DNA from: an uncultured Chloroflexia bacterium
Lineage (GTDB): Bacteria > Chloroflexota > Anaerolineae > Anaerolineales > Villigracilaceae
NCBI GenBank assembly: GCA_963827305.1
Contig: CAWHAM010000007.1
Location: 14,812 to 78,811, forward strand
Direction of reading: 5' to 3'
Length of the DNA stretch: 64,000 nucleotides
Positions 48,810 through 56,953 of this stretch are shown piece after piece. The notes below the pieces were generated by a model. The model had not been told where the DNA came from and did no database searches. It saw nothing but the letters and a program-made list of their open reading frames with translations. The stretch's first letter is position 1, and each line of letters opens with the position of its first letter. The translations under genes were made by a program, and so were the position numbers.

Positions 48810-49150
48810 TTCCCTGTCGGTTGCAGGGGACAGGACATGCCTGGCCCGAATAAGGGGAAACCAGCGTCTAAAATAAAAGACGCCCTCTTGGACGTCTTTT
48901 CAGTTCCGGGGGCTGGACTCGCCTGTCCCCTGCAAGGGGAAACCAGTGCCTAAAATAAAAGACGCTCTCTTGGACGTCTTTTCATTTCCGGGGGCTCGAC
49001 TCGCCTGTCCCCTGCAAGGGGAAACCAGCGTCTACATCAAAAACGCCCTCTCGGACGTTTTTGATTAGTTGCCCGGGCTGGACTCGCCTGTCTCCTGCAA
49101 GGAGAAACCAGCGCCTAAAATAAAAGGCGCCCTCTTGGACGTCTTTTCAG
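48810..49150 (-). repeat. tandem array of four ~82-nt units downstream of tRNA-Met; each holds a terminator-like hairpin plus a partial tRNA 3' third split by a 19-nt insertion
   Basis: Units at 49069-49150, 48986-49068 and 48904-48985, plus a degenerate unit at 48810-48903. Each contains GGGGGCTGGACTCG (the tRNA 3' end, plus strand). Confidence 0.85.
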
Positions 49151-49222
49151 TTGCGGGGGCTGGACTCGAACCAGCGACCTCCAGGTTATGAGCCTGACGA
49201 GCTGCCACTGCTCTACCCCGCG
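49151..49222 (-). tRNA. tRNA-Met (CAT), initiator type
   Basis: CGCGGGGTAGAGCAGTGGCAGCTCGTCAGGCTCATAACCTGGAGGTCGCTGGTTCGAGTCCAGCCCCCGCAA folds as a cloverleaf. C1xA72 mismatch and a CGCGGGG/CCCCGCA acceptor, as in bacterial tRNA-fMet. The 29:41 pair is A:U rather than G:C. CCA is not encoded. Confidence 0.85.
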
Positions 49223-49285
49223 TCGGGTGCACTAAAATCCGGCACTTCAAACGAGCGGCTATTGTACACCACCCATTCGGGTGCG

Positions 49286-50230
49286 TCAAGGATTGAGGAA
49301 GATTTCCTGGCTATAAAGGTACATGATCCCACTGATGCGGTCGTCAAACTGACGGACGACCAGCAATGCCCACATTGCACCGGGAATACGGTAAGCTAGA
49401 TCTACGCGAAAAGGAACGTACCCATCATCCGGGGCGGGCGAAATGGGAACCAGGCTTGTCCCGATTACCTCACCATCCCGGGAGACCAATTCTGCCGTCA
49501 GAGGCAGGTTGTTATAAGGACGCATTTTCCCGCTTACGCTCAGAACCCCTCCCGAGAGGCGCTGTCCTGCAACAGGCTTTTCAATCACACAACGTTCTTG
49601 CAGGTTGCCCGGCGGTGTCACGATCGACGGGCCCTCTGAAAGTAAAAGGAGGTGGACCGAATTCACCGCATTAATCCGGCCATACTCATCCTTGGTGCTC
49701 AGGCTCAATCGACCTAATTCCCCCACCGAACGGGTATTAAAAGAAAGTTCCCAATAGAAAAAAGCCCATTTATAGGGGGTGTTCAACTGTAAAAGTTGCG
49801 AAGCCAAAAGCCGTCCATCCTCGCCATACAAGTCCAGATATCCTTTATTTTCATGGCTAGGAATGGCATATCCATGCACACTGAATGGGGAAACGATCTT
49901 TGAAAGCGGACCGGGGCTGAGGATCTGGATTGCGCCTGAATCGGCGGATGGCTGCGGGACGGATGTCGCGGCCAGGGTCGGCGGTTCCAGGGGTGGAAGT
50001 GGTAGTGGGGTGTCCGTGGGAAGCGCTTGGGGCGTGGGGCTGCCCTCTGGTAGGGTTGAAGAGGCTGTTTCCGAGGTTGGAGGCCTGACAGTGAGTTCAG
50101 GGAGCGCTGTCGTAAACGGGGTGGGCGTATCCGGCAAGCTTACCAGGGTTGGCGGAAGTGTCGATCTTGCCTGGACACAGGCCGTAAGGAGAATAAACAG
50201 GCCACAGGTCAGGAGAAAGCGACGGAACAT
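49286..50230 (-). CDS. secreted lipoprotein with two Gmad2-like Ig-fold domains (tentative)
   Basis: Lipobox LLTAC, Pro/Thr-rich linker, two repeats resembling Gmad2 (IQILSPGPLSKIVSPFSVHGYA... and IEKPVAGQRLSGGVLSVSGKM...). Start set to ATG at 50230. Confidence 0.55.
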   Translation of the reverse strand: MFRRFLLTCGLFILLTACVQARSTLPPTLVSLPDTPTPFTTALPELTVRPPTSETASSTLPEGSPTPQALPTDTPLPLPPLEPPTLAATSVPQPSADSGAIQILSPGPLSKIVSPFSVHGYAIPSHENKGYLDLYGEDGRLLASQLLQLNTPYKWAFFYWELSFNTRSVGELGRLSLSTKDEYGRINAVNSVHLLLLSEGPSIVTPPGNLQERCVIEKPVAGQRLSGGVLSVSGKMRPYNNLPLTAELVSRDGEVIGTSLVPISPAPDDGYVPFRVDLAYRIPGAMWALLVVRQFDDRISGIMYLYSQEIFLNP

Positions 50231-50343
50231 ATCAGGATTATAACCCACCAAAAGAGAGACGCCCCATGGTGAGAAGGTACAAAGGCGGAAGCAGTTTTGT
50301 TAGGGTTTCTGAAGGGCTGTGAGATCAAGGTACCAGTTCAACA

Positions 50344-50889
50344 TCACCTCGTGTGCCACCGCCGGTACGGCAGCATATCCATGGCGATGGATTTCCCCCA
50401 GGTGCGCCCCATCCGTTGGTAGAATCGACAAGCCGGCACGTTGACGTTCTGGGTCTCGATTTTCATCTGCGTGCAGCCGTGTGCGCGCGACCAAGCAGCA
50501 GCCTGACGAAAAAGTGGGATGCCCACCCCGCGCGCCTCCGGTCGGACCCGGATATCCCATAGCACCGACAGATCCCGCCTGGCTTCGAGCATGAACACGC
50601 CGGGCGTATGAAACGCTACCGCCGCCGCGCCAGCCAGCTTATCGCCTATTCTCGCCAGGAAGAATCCCCAATTAGTCACATCGAAACGTGTTGGCCAATC
50701 GGTGGGCAATTCTCCATATGCATCATAATCTTTGATATATGGCTTTACCGGGACTTCGTGCAATAGTATTCCACCCAGGCCTCCATCCACCATTGCAACT
50801 TCCAATACCGATTTCACTTCAAGTGCAATCGGTATACTGGCATATTCAGCCAGACGGCTTGGGGAAATTTCCTCGATGGTGGTTTTCAT
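50344..50889 (-). CDS. GNAT acetyltransferase, streptothricin/nourseothricin acetyltransferase-like
   Basis: LHEVPVKPYIKDYD..., RVRPEARGVGIPLF and IETQNVNVPACRFYQRMG parallel the Sat/Nat1 architecture as remembered. Not verified by search. Confidence 0.6.
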   Translation of the reverse strand: MKTTIEEISPSRLAEYASIPIALEVKSVLEVAMVDGGLGGILLHEVPVKPYIKDYDAYGELPTDWPTRFDVTNWGFFLARIGDKLAGAAAVAFHTPGVFMLEARRDLSVLWDIRVRPEARGVGIPLFRQAAAWSRAHGCTQMKIETQNVNVPACRFYQRMGRTWGKSIAMDMLPYRRWHTR

Positions 50890-51000
50890 ACTTCCATTAT
50901 ATATTACATGATTCCGCAGAACCTGGAGAGAGAAAAGAATGAAAAAAAGGGTAAGCTGCGCATTATGCGAACTCGCCCTTTTTTTCGAGATTTTAACAGC

Positions 51001-52233
51001 CTATTCGTATCGAAGCGCGTCCACCGGTTCCAGGCCGGCTGCCCGGTTGGCCGGATATATACCGAAGAACAATCCGATTGCGGTAGAGAAGAGGGTCGCC
51101 AGCAGGATCGAGCTGAGGTTGACAGTCGGATTGAATGGGTTGCCGCTTGCAGTGGCGATCCGCCCAACCAATAAAGCCAGTGCCCAGCCCAGACCGATCC
51201 CGATCACACCGCCAAACAAACTGAGCAGGGAAGACTCGGTCAGGAACTGGACCAGGATGTCCCGCTTGCGCGCACCGAGTGCCTTACGCAGGCCAATCTC
51301 GCGCGTCCTTTCCGTCACCGAAACCAGCATAATGTTCATGATGCCAATGCCACCGACCAGCAGGGATATCCCGGCAATGCCACCTATGAAAATGGTGAAC
51401 ACACCCGTGACAGTTGTGGCGATCGAGAGAATGTCTTTTTGCGAAAAGATGGTGAAATCATCGATGCCGATCGGTGTGTGGTGGCGCTGCCGCAAAACCT
51501 GGGTAACCTCATCGGTAGCCTGGGTTACCGTATCGGCGCTGGTTGCCTGAACATAGATCAAGTCAACTTCATTGACCGCGGCTCGATGGATCAGACGAGT
51601 TTGGGCGGTACTGATCGGAACGAAAATGCTGCTGTCCTGGCTGCCGAATGAACCGCCTCCTTTCGAGGCTGTTACGCCGATCACGTGAAAGGGTTGTCCA
51701 TTAAGACGAACTGTCTCACCGATCAGACCATCATGTCGGCCAAACAACTTGTCCGCAATGCTCGGGCCGATCACGACCACGGACGACTGACCAAGTATCT
51801 GATCTTGTGTAATAAAAGCGCCTTCTGTTACTGCGTAGTTCTGCATGGTAAAGTAATCCGGGGTAACGCCGGAGATGGTGTTGGTGGTCTGCTTTCCGTT
51901 TGCCACGCTGACTTCGGCGCTGCCCTGGATGTTCGGAGCGACTGCTTCCACATCCGGTGAAACCAGGGGATCTGCAATCGCTTGTGCATCCCCCATGGTG
52001 AGCGGTCGTGGGTTGCGTACATCCTGCGTCCGGTTGCCGGAAGTGACAAACAGCAAATTGGTCCCGATCCCACTGATCGCACCGGTGATTGTCGACTGTG
52101 CTCCCTGCCCAACTGACAGCATGGCAATCACCGCCCCCACTCCGATGATTATGCCCAGCATGGTCAATCCTGAGCGTAAACGATTGGCGTTCAGGCTTTC
52201 CAACGCCTCGATGATGGATTGTGCTATGTTCAT
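51001..52233 (-). CDS. ABC transporter permease, MacB/FtsX family
   Basis: N-terminal TM, periplasmic MacB_PCD-like domain, C-terminal FtsX 3-TM block (ERTREIGLRKALGARKRDI). Confidence 0.9.
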   Translation of the reverse strand: MNIAQSIIEALESLNANRLRSGLTMLGIIIGVGAVIAMLSVGQGAQSTITGAISGIGTNLLFVTSGNRTQDVRNPRPLTMGDAQAIADPLVSPDVEAVAPNIQGSAEVSVANGKQTTNTISGVTPDYFTMQNYAVTEGAFITQDQILGQSSVVVIGPSIADKLFGRHDGLIGETVRLNGQPFHVIGVTASKGGGSFGSQDSSIFVPISTAQTRLIHRAAVNEVDLIYVQATSADTVTQATDEVTQVLRQRHHTPIGIDDFTIFSQKDILSIATTVTGVFTIFIGGIAGISLLVGGIGIMNIMLVSVTERTREIGLRKALGARKRDILVQFLTESSLLSLFGGVIGIGLGWALALLVGRIATASGNPFNPTVNLSSILLATLFSTAIGLFFGIYPANRAAGLEPVDALRYE

Positions 52234-52907
52234 AAGGCCTCCACCAACCCATCGCGCAAGTGAATAACACGATGCGTCTGCGCTGCCACGGTTGGGTCGT
52301 GGGTGATGATGATCAGTGTGGTGCCTTTTTGACGGTTCAGTTCGAGCAGCAGGGCTATGATCTCTTTACCTACTTTGGAGTCAAGGTTGCCGGTCGGCTC
52401 ATCGGCCATGATGATGGCCGGGTTGTTGACCAATGCACGGGCTATGGCAACGCGCTGCTGTTGGCCGCCGGAGAGTTCCGTCGGCCGGTGCGTCACCCGG
52501 TCTTTAAGCCCAACGGCTTCGAGTGCCTCTAGCGCTTGCTCTCGCTTTCCAGTTGTTATTCCAGCATAGCGCAGAGGCAGTTCAACGTTCCCAAGCGCCG
52601 TCGTTCGGTTGAGCAGATTAAAACTTTGAAAGACAAACCCAACCTTGCGGTTACGGATGTCAGCCAGCTGATCGTCCTTTAACATCGAGACTTCCTCGCC
52701 ATCCAGGGAGTATTCACCGGATGTTGGAAGGTCCAGGCAGCCCAGGATGTTCATTAACGTCGACTTGCCCGATCCTGACGGTCCCATGATGGCGACCACT
52801 TCGCCTCGTTCGATTTGCAGGGAAACCCCGCATAACGCGCAGACTTCCTGCTCGCCCATTTTATAGACTTTGGTCAGATCATTGGCAACGATTACAAGGT
52901 CTCCCAT
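52230..52907 (-). CDS. ABC transporter ATP-binding protein (MacB/LolD-type)
   Basis: [36 protein letters not shown]. 4-nt overlap with the permease gene. Confidence 0.95.
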   Translation of the reverse strand: MGDLVIVANDLTKVYKMGEQEVCALCGVSLQIERGEVVAIMGPSGSGKSTLMNILGCLDLPTSGEYSLDGEEVSMLKDDQLADIRNRKVGFVFQSFNLLNRTTALGNVELPLRYAGITTGKREQALEALEAVGLKDRVTHRPTELSGGQQQRVAIARALVNNPAIIMADEPTGNLDSKVGKEIIALLLELNRQKGTTLIIITHDPTVAAQTHRVIHLRDGLVEAL

Positions 52908-54376
52908 TAGTTGCCTCCACCGAAGGGCCCTCCGCCGCCAGCACCATTGGTCGGACGAGTGAAGAGTGTTGAGGGTGGATTCAAGATAATGAGGTCGCCG
53001 GCCTTCAAATTGGTGGAGACGACTTCGCTCATCGTATCGGAGGAAGCCCCCAGGGTGACGTTGACTTGCTCGGCCTGGCCATTGCGCAGGATATACACGA
53101 CCCGCTGGCTGTCTACTAAACGTACGGCCCGGTTTGGTACCAGAAGCACATTATTAATCTGTCTCACAGTGATGGTGACTGCGGCGGTCATCCCAGGTTT
53201 GACGCTCGCATCCGTGTCCGTTAGGGCTACAGTAACGGTAAAGTTGACCGCGCCCTGGACGGCATCACCCGCCCGGGCCACTTCCACAACCTTGCCGGTA
53301 TATGCCTTGCCGGCGATTGCATCGAAAGTCAATGTCACCGACTGGCCAACCTGGACGCTGTTGATATCCACTTCCGAAACTTGCACATCTACCTTCATCT
53401 GCGACAAGTCATCAATGCGGAACGCTTTCGTTCCTGGAGAAACCTGATCGCCGACCATCCCACTGACTTCGGTGACCGTCCCATCGAACGGGGCGGTTAG
53501 CTTGGCCGCATCCAGGTTCTCCTGTGCGGTCTGGACAGCCAGCTTGGCTTGCTCGAGCTGGAGTAACGCCGTCCCGGTGGCGTCTGCGGGCACCTCCCCA
53601 CCAGTCAGCACCGCCAGGTAGATTTGTGCGTTTTTCAGCGTGGCATTGGCCAGGTCCAGTTTCGCCTGGGCCTCATCCATCTGTCGCTGGGTCGGTTTCT
53701 GTGAATACAGGCTGAAATAATATTGAGCAGTGTCGTACACTTGCTTGGCGTTATAGAGCGCCTGGTAAGCATTTGCCTCATCTGCGTTATTAATATAATC
53801 CCCTACGTTCAAGCTATCATAGGTTGCTTGCGCTTTATCCAGATTAGCCTTGGCTATGACATAATTGGCATAGTAATTTTGAATGAGGGCATCGTTTTTC
53901 CAATACTGCTCGTTGTTCAACGCGGTCTGTGCATTGGTTATATTTGTCTCTGCCGTGGTGACAGCCAGCTTGGCATTTGCGATCGCTTCAGGCGAAGTCA
54001 GCTCGGCCAGGTTTTCCTGGGCGGTGACAAGGTTGGATTCCAGCGTACTCTGGGTCAAGGGTGGCAGGATCAGGCTGGCCAGGACATCCCCTGCATTGAT
54101 CTGGTCCCCAGGCTCGACCTTTACAACGCCAACGGTGCCGGTGTTCTGCCACGTCAGTACGGTGGTCTGGTTGGAACGGACGGTTCCCGTCGCGCCGATT
54201 GTGGCGGTCAGGGTACCCTTCTCCGCTTGGACCGTCTGGTACTGGGTGGCTGTCGTGCTGCTGTTACGCTTTCTTATGACCAGAACTCCGACCGCCGCAA
54301 CCACGACGATCACAATCACAATAATTATCCAGGTTCTTGCCCGGCTGTTCTTTTGCCGATTGGTTTGTTTATTCAT
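52907..54376 (-). CDS. efflux transporter periplasmic adaptor (HlyD/MacA family)
   Basis: N-terminal TM, long coiled-coil hairpin, beta-barrel and MP domains (GMTAAVTI). 1-nt overlap with the ATPase gene. Confidence 0.85.
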   Translation of the reverse strand: MNKQTNRQKNSRARTWIIIVIVIVVVAAVGVLVIRKRNSSTTATQYQTVQAEKGTLTATIGATGTVRSNQTTVLTWQNTGTVGVVKVEPGDQINAGDVLASLILPPLTQSTLESNLVTAQENLAELTSPEAIANAKLAVTTAETNITNAQTALNNEQYWKNDALIQNYYANYVIAKANLDKAQATYDSLNVGDYINNADEANAYQALYNAKQVYDTAQYYFSLYSQKPTQRQMDEAQAKLDLANATLKNAQIYLAVLTGGEVPADATGTALLQLEQAKLAVQTAQENLDAAKLTAPFDGTVTEVSGMVGDQVSPGTKAFRIDDLSQMKVDVQVSEVDINSVQVGQSVTLTFDAIAGKAYTGKVVEVARAGDAVQGAVNFTVTVALTDTDASVKPGMTAAVTITVRQINNVLLVPNRAVRLVDSQRVVYILRNGQAEQVNVTLGASSDTMSEVVSTNLKAGDLIILNPPSTLFTRPTNGAGGGGPFGGGN

Positions 54377-54991
54377 TGATAACTTCCTCCATAAAGAATT
54401 CTAATTCCATGGTTCACTCGGATTAAAATGGAATTCGATGGTCACCCAACCTAAGGCTGGGGTAAATTCCCTTTCGAGTTACTTGAACACTCTCTCACCC
54501 CCCGCTGCACGACGGAGGATCAAATCTGGTTCAGCAAACAGCTTTTCTATCAGAAGATAGCATACCCAAGACAGCGAAAAGTCTCAAAAAGGACAGCCGT
54601 ATATTATATATCCTTAGCCGAAAAAAAACCGTTCTGATATGAAAATGATTCGGACAAGCATGGGATCATCCACCATGTTTACGAATCTGATCGGCTGTTT
54701 ATTCGGAAACCAGTTTTTTGGGAATACCCATAATGTTTATTGCATGTAATCATTCATAAGCGATCCTGGGCAGAGTATACAGAGCAATTGTGAACTGCAT
54801 ATGAAGGCGGGGAGGAGAAATTGTGCAGGCTATGGCGCCAAAAGCGAGTGACATATAAGGATTTTTACATAATTTACATTGTGATAATCGTCGCAAGCAA
54901 TAATGACATAGTAACCTGTGTATACACCCTAAGATTGAGTATGATGTACTTCAAATTAGTGTGAGTTTGTCGGTATTTACCGGAGGCACCA

Positions 54992-56428
54992 ATGCAAACG
55001 ATTCCGAGTGAGTTTCTGGAAATTGATCGCAAGGCGCGCGTCTACATGCCCTACCAGGACCTGTCAAGGCGTCCACCCACGGAACGCGTCTGTGACTTCG
55101 GCGACGTGATTATTCCCCTCGATTCTGACCGGGCCATGTTGGAGGCCTCGCGTTGCATCCATTGCCCCGACCCGGCTCCCTGCATGTTGGCCTGTCCCGC
55201 CCATAACGATATCCCGTCCGCGATGTGGTTGATTGAACAGGGCCGTTACGTGGAAGCCGCCGAGCTTTATCGCCAAACCTCCTCCCTGCCGGAAATTTGC
55301 TCGCGCGTTTGTCCGCAAGATCAGCTCTGTCAGGGTTCCTGCGTTCTCAATAAGACCGAGGAGCCGGTGCTGTGCGGCCCGTTGGAAACCTTCGTGACCT
55401 GCTACGAACGCAAGACAGCCGGGGTGGCCATCCCGGTTGGGAAACCGACCGGTCGGAAGGTTGCCATTGTCGGAGCCGGACCGGCCGGTTTGGGCTGCGC
55501 CGAGCAACTCTTCCAGCTGGGCCACTCTGTCACTTTTTTCGACTCCAAGCCAGCCCCCGGCGGGTTGCTGGTCTATGGCATTCCAAACTTCAAACTGGCC
55601 AAGGAAGTGTTCTTCTGCCGTTGGGGTGATTTCGAAAAAGCCGGCGCAAGTTTCATCGGCAACACCTATATTGGCCAAAGCAAGACAATCGACCAGTTAT
55701 TTGAAGAAGGTTTTGATGCAGTATTCGTCGGCGTCGGAGTAGGTATTGACTCCAGAATGGATACGCCGGGTGAGGACTTGCCGGGTGTGTATGAAGCCAC
55801 CGATTTTCTGATGCGCGCCAATACTGAACTGAATCTGCTTCCCGAAAGCAAGCGCGAACGCCCGACCCTCGGAAAACGTGTGGTGGTGATTGGCGGCGGC
55901 GATACGGCCTCGGATTGTCTGCGTTCCGCATTGCGTCTGGGTGCCGAGGAAGTGACCTGTCTTTATCGCCGCACCGAAAAGGAGATGCCAGGTGGCAAGA
56001 AGGATCGCCAAATGGCAAAAGAAGAAGGGGCCAAGTACCGCTTCTTGACCCAGCCGGTGAAATTTATCGCCGATGAGGCTAACCACCTGGCCGCCATCGA
56101 GTGCATTGAAATGAGATTGGGGGAACCCGACGCCAAAGGCCGGCGAAAACCGATTCCTGTGGAAGGCTCCAACTTCTCTATTGCAGTGGATACGGCCATC
56201 AAGGCTCTCGGCTATTGGCCAGACCCGGTCATCGGGAAGACGACTCCCGGCCTGGAAACCCACGATTACGGTCTCGTCAGTGTAGTCGACAAGGAGACCG
56301 GCGCCACTACCCGCGCAGGGGTCTTCGCCGCCGGGGATGGCGTCACCGGGCCGGATCTGGTTGTTACTGCCATGGTCGGAGGGCGGAAAGCCGCCCAGGC
56401 CATCGATGAATACCTGAAAGCGAAATAA
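54992..56428 (+). CDS. glutamate synthase small-subunit-like NAD(P)H oxidoreductase (GltD family), stand-alone
   Basis: Two Cys clusters (CIHCPDPAPCMLACP, CSRVCPQDQLCQGSC), then VAIVGAGPAGL and VVVIGGGDTA dinucleotide motifs. No gltB nearby. Confidence 0.85.
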   Translation: MQTIPSEFLEIDRKARVYMPYQDLSRRPPTERVCDFGDVIIPLDSDRAMLEASRCIHCPDPAPCMLACPAHNDIPSAMWLIEQGRYVEAAELYRQTSSLPEICSRVCPQDQLCQGSCVLNKTEEPVLCGPLETFVTCYERKTAGVAIPVGKPTGRKVAIVGAGPAGLGCAEQLFQLGHSVTFFDSKPAPGGLLVYGIPNFKLAKEVFFCRWGDFEKAGASFIGNTYIGQSKTIDQLFEEGFDAVFVGVGVGIDSRMDTPGEDLPGVYEATDFLMRANTELNLLPESKRERPTLGKRVVVIGGGDTASDCLRSALRLGAEEVTCLYRRTEKEMPGGKKDRQMAKEEGAKYRFLTQPVKFIADEANHLAAIECIEMRLGEPDAKGRRKPIPVEGSNFSIAVDTAIKALGYWPDPVIGKTTPGLETHDYGLVSVVDKETGATTRAGVFAAGDGVTGPDLVVTAMVGGRKAAQAIDEYLKAK

Positions 56429-56435
56429 ATCAACT

Positions 56436-56470
56436 CGGGTAGCCAAATGGCTGCCCGATAATTTTATAAG
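56436..56470 (+). terminator. rho-independent terminator after the gltD-like gene
   Basis: CGGGTAGCC-AAAT-GGCTGCCCG followed by ATAATTTTAT. Confidence 0.55.
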
Positions 56471-56727
56471 GGCAATCGCCGACCCTGTTGGATCGGCGGT
56501 AAAAAGAGTCGGGTGCCCGGATTTGCGTCAGTCCCTAAATGGGAAACCGCCGACCCTTTTTGGATCGGCGGTAAAAAAAAGTCGGGGCGCCCGGATTTGC
56601 GTCAGTCCTTCAATGGGAAACCGCCAACCCTTTTTGGATCGGCGGTAAAAAAAAGTCGGGGCGCCCGGATTTGCGTCAGTCCCTCAATGAGAAACCGCCA
56701 ACCCTTTTTGGATCGGCGATAAAAAAA
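56471..56727 (-). repeat. tandem array of three ~73-nt units (plus a hairpin-only remnant) downstream of tRNA-Pro; same architecture as the tRNA-Met array
   Basis: Units at 56655-56727, 56581-56654 and 56508-56580, remnant at 56471-56507. Each unit starts (plus strand) with GTCGGGGCGCCCGGATTTG, which equals the tRNA-Pro 3' end. Confidence 0.85.
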
Positions 56728-56728
56728 G

Positions 56729-56803
56729 TCGGGGCGCCCGGATTTGAACCGGGGACCTCTGCGTCCCGAACGCAGCGCTCTAGCCGGGCTGAGCCACGCC
56801 CCG
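56729..56803 (-). tRNA. tRNA-Pro (CGG)
   Basis: CGGGGCGTGGCTCAGCCCGGCTAGAGCGCTGCGTTCGGGACGCAGAGGTCCCCGGTTCAAATCCGGGCGCCCCGA: 75 nt, cloverleaf, anticodon loop TTCGGGA. CCA is not encoded. Confidence 0.9.
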
Positions 56804-56953
56804 AAAAGTCCCACTCTATGGGACAAGCAAGGCGGGATTATAACTGTCTGCACCTGATTTGACAAGCTGTTTGCGGTATAATCCATTCGATATCTCGATT
56901 ACCCCGTAGGGGCACAGCGACGCTGTGCCCCTACCTTTGTGAGGAATTTTCCT

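Noticed and set aside
48820-48836. Inverted copy of the 19-nt motif that might mark a MITE with terminal inverted repeats.
   Set aside because: On re-reading the minus strand, the segment (TCCCCTGCAACCGACAGG) is a same-orientation, degenerate copy belonging to the oldest unit of the array, not an inverted terminus.
48810-49150. Possible CRISPR array, given regularly spaced direct repeats of about 18-19 nt downstream of tRNA-Met, and likewise at 56471-56727.
   Set aside because: The sequences between the repeats are themselves conserved from unit to unit, so there are no unique spacers. The repeat is a copy of the adjacent tRNA 3' end, unit number is only 3-4, and no cas genes are in the window.
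49065-49289. ORF 49065..49289 (-), and ORFs 56602..56886 (-) and 56671..56862 (+).
   Set aside because: They run straight through the tRNA genes and the tandem repeat units, so they are not coding.
54639-54749. 36-codon ORF (MKMIRTSMGSSTMFTNLIGCLFGNQFFGNTHNVYCM) in the long spacer as a small protein or leader peptide.
   Set aside because: It has no Shine-Dalgarno sequence and no recognisable features, and I have no way to test conservation. It is kept only as a note in the spacer finding.
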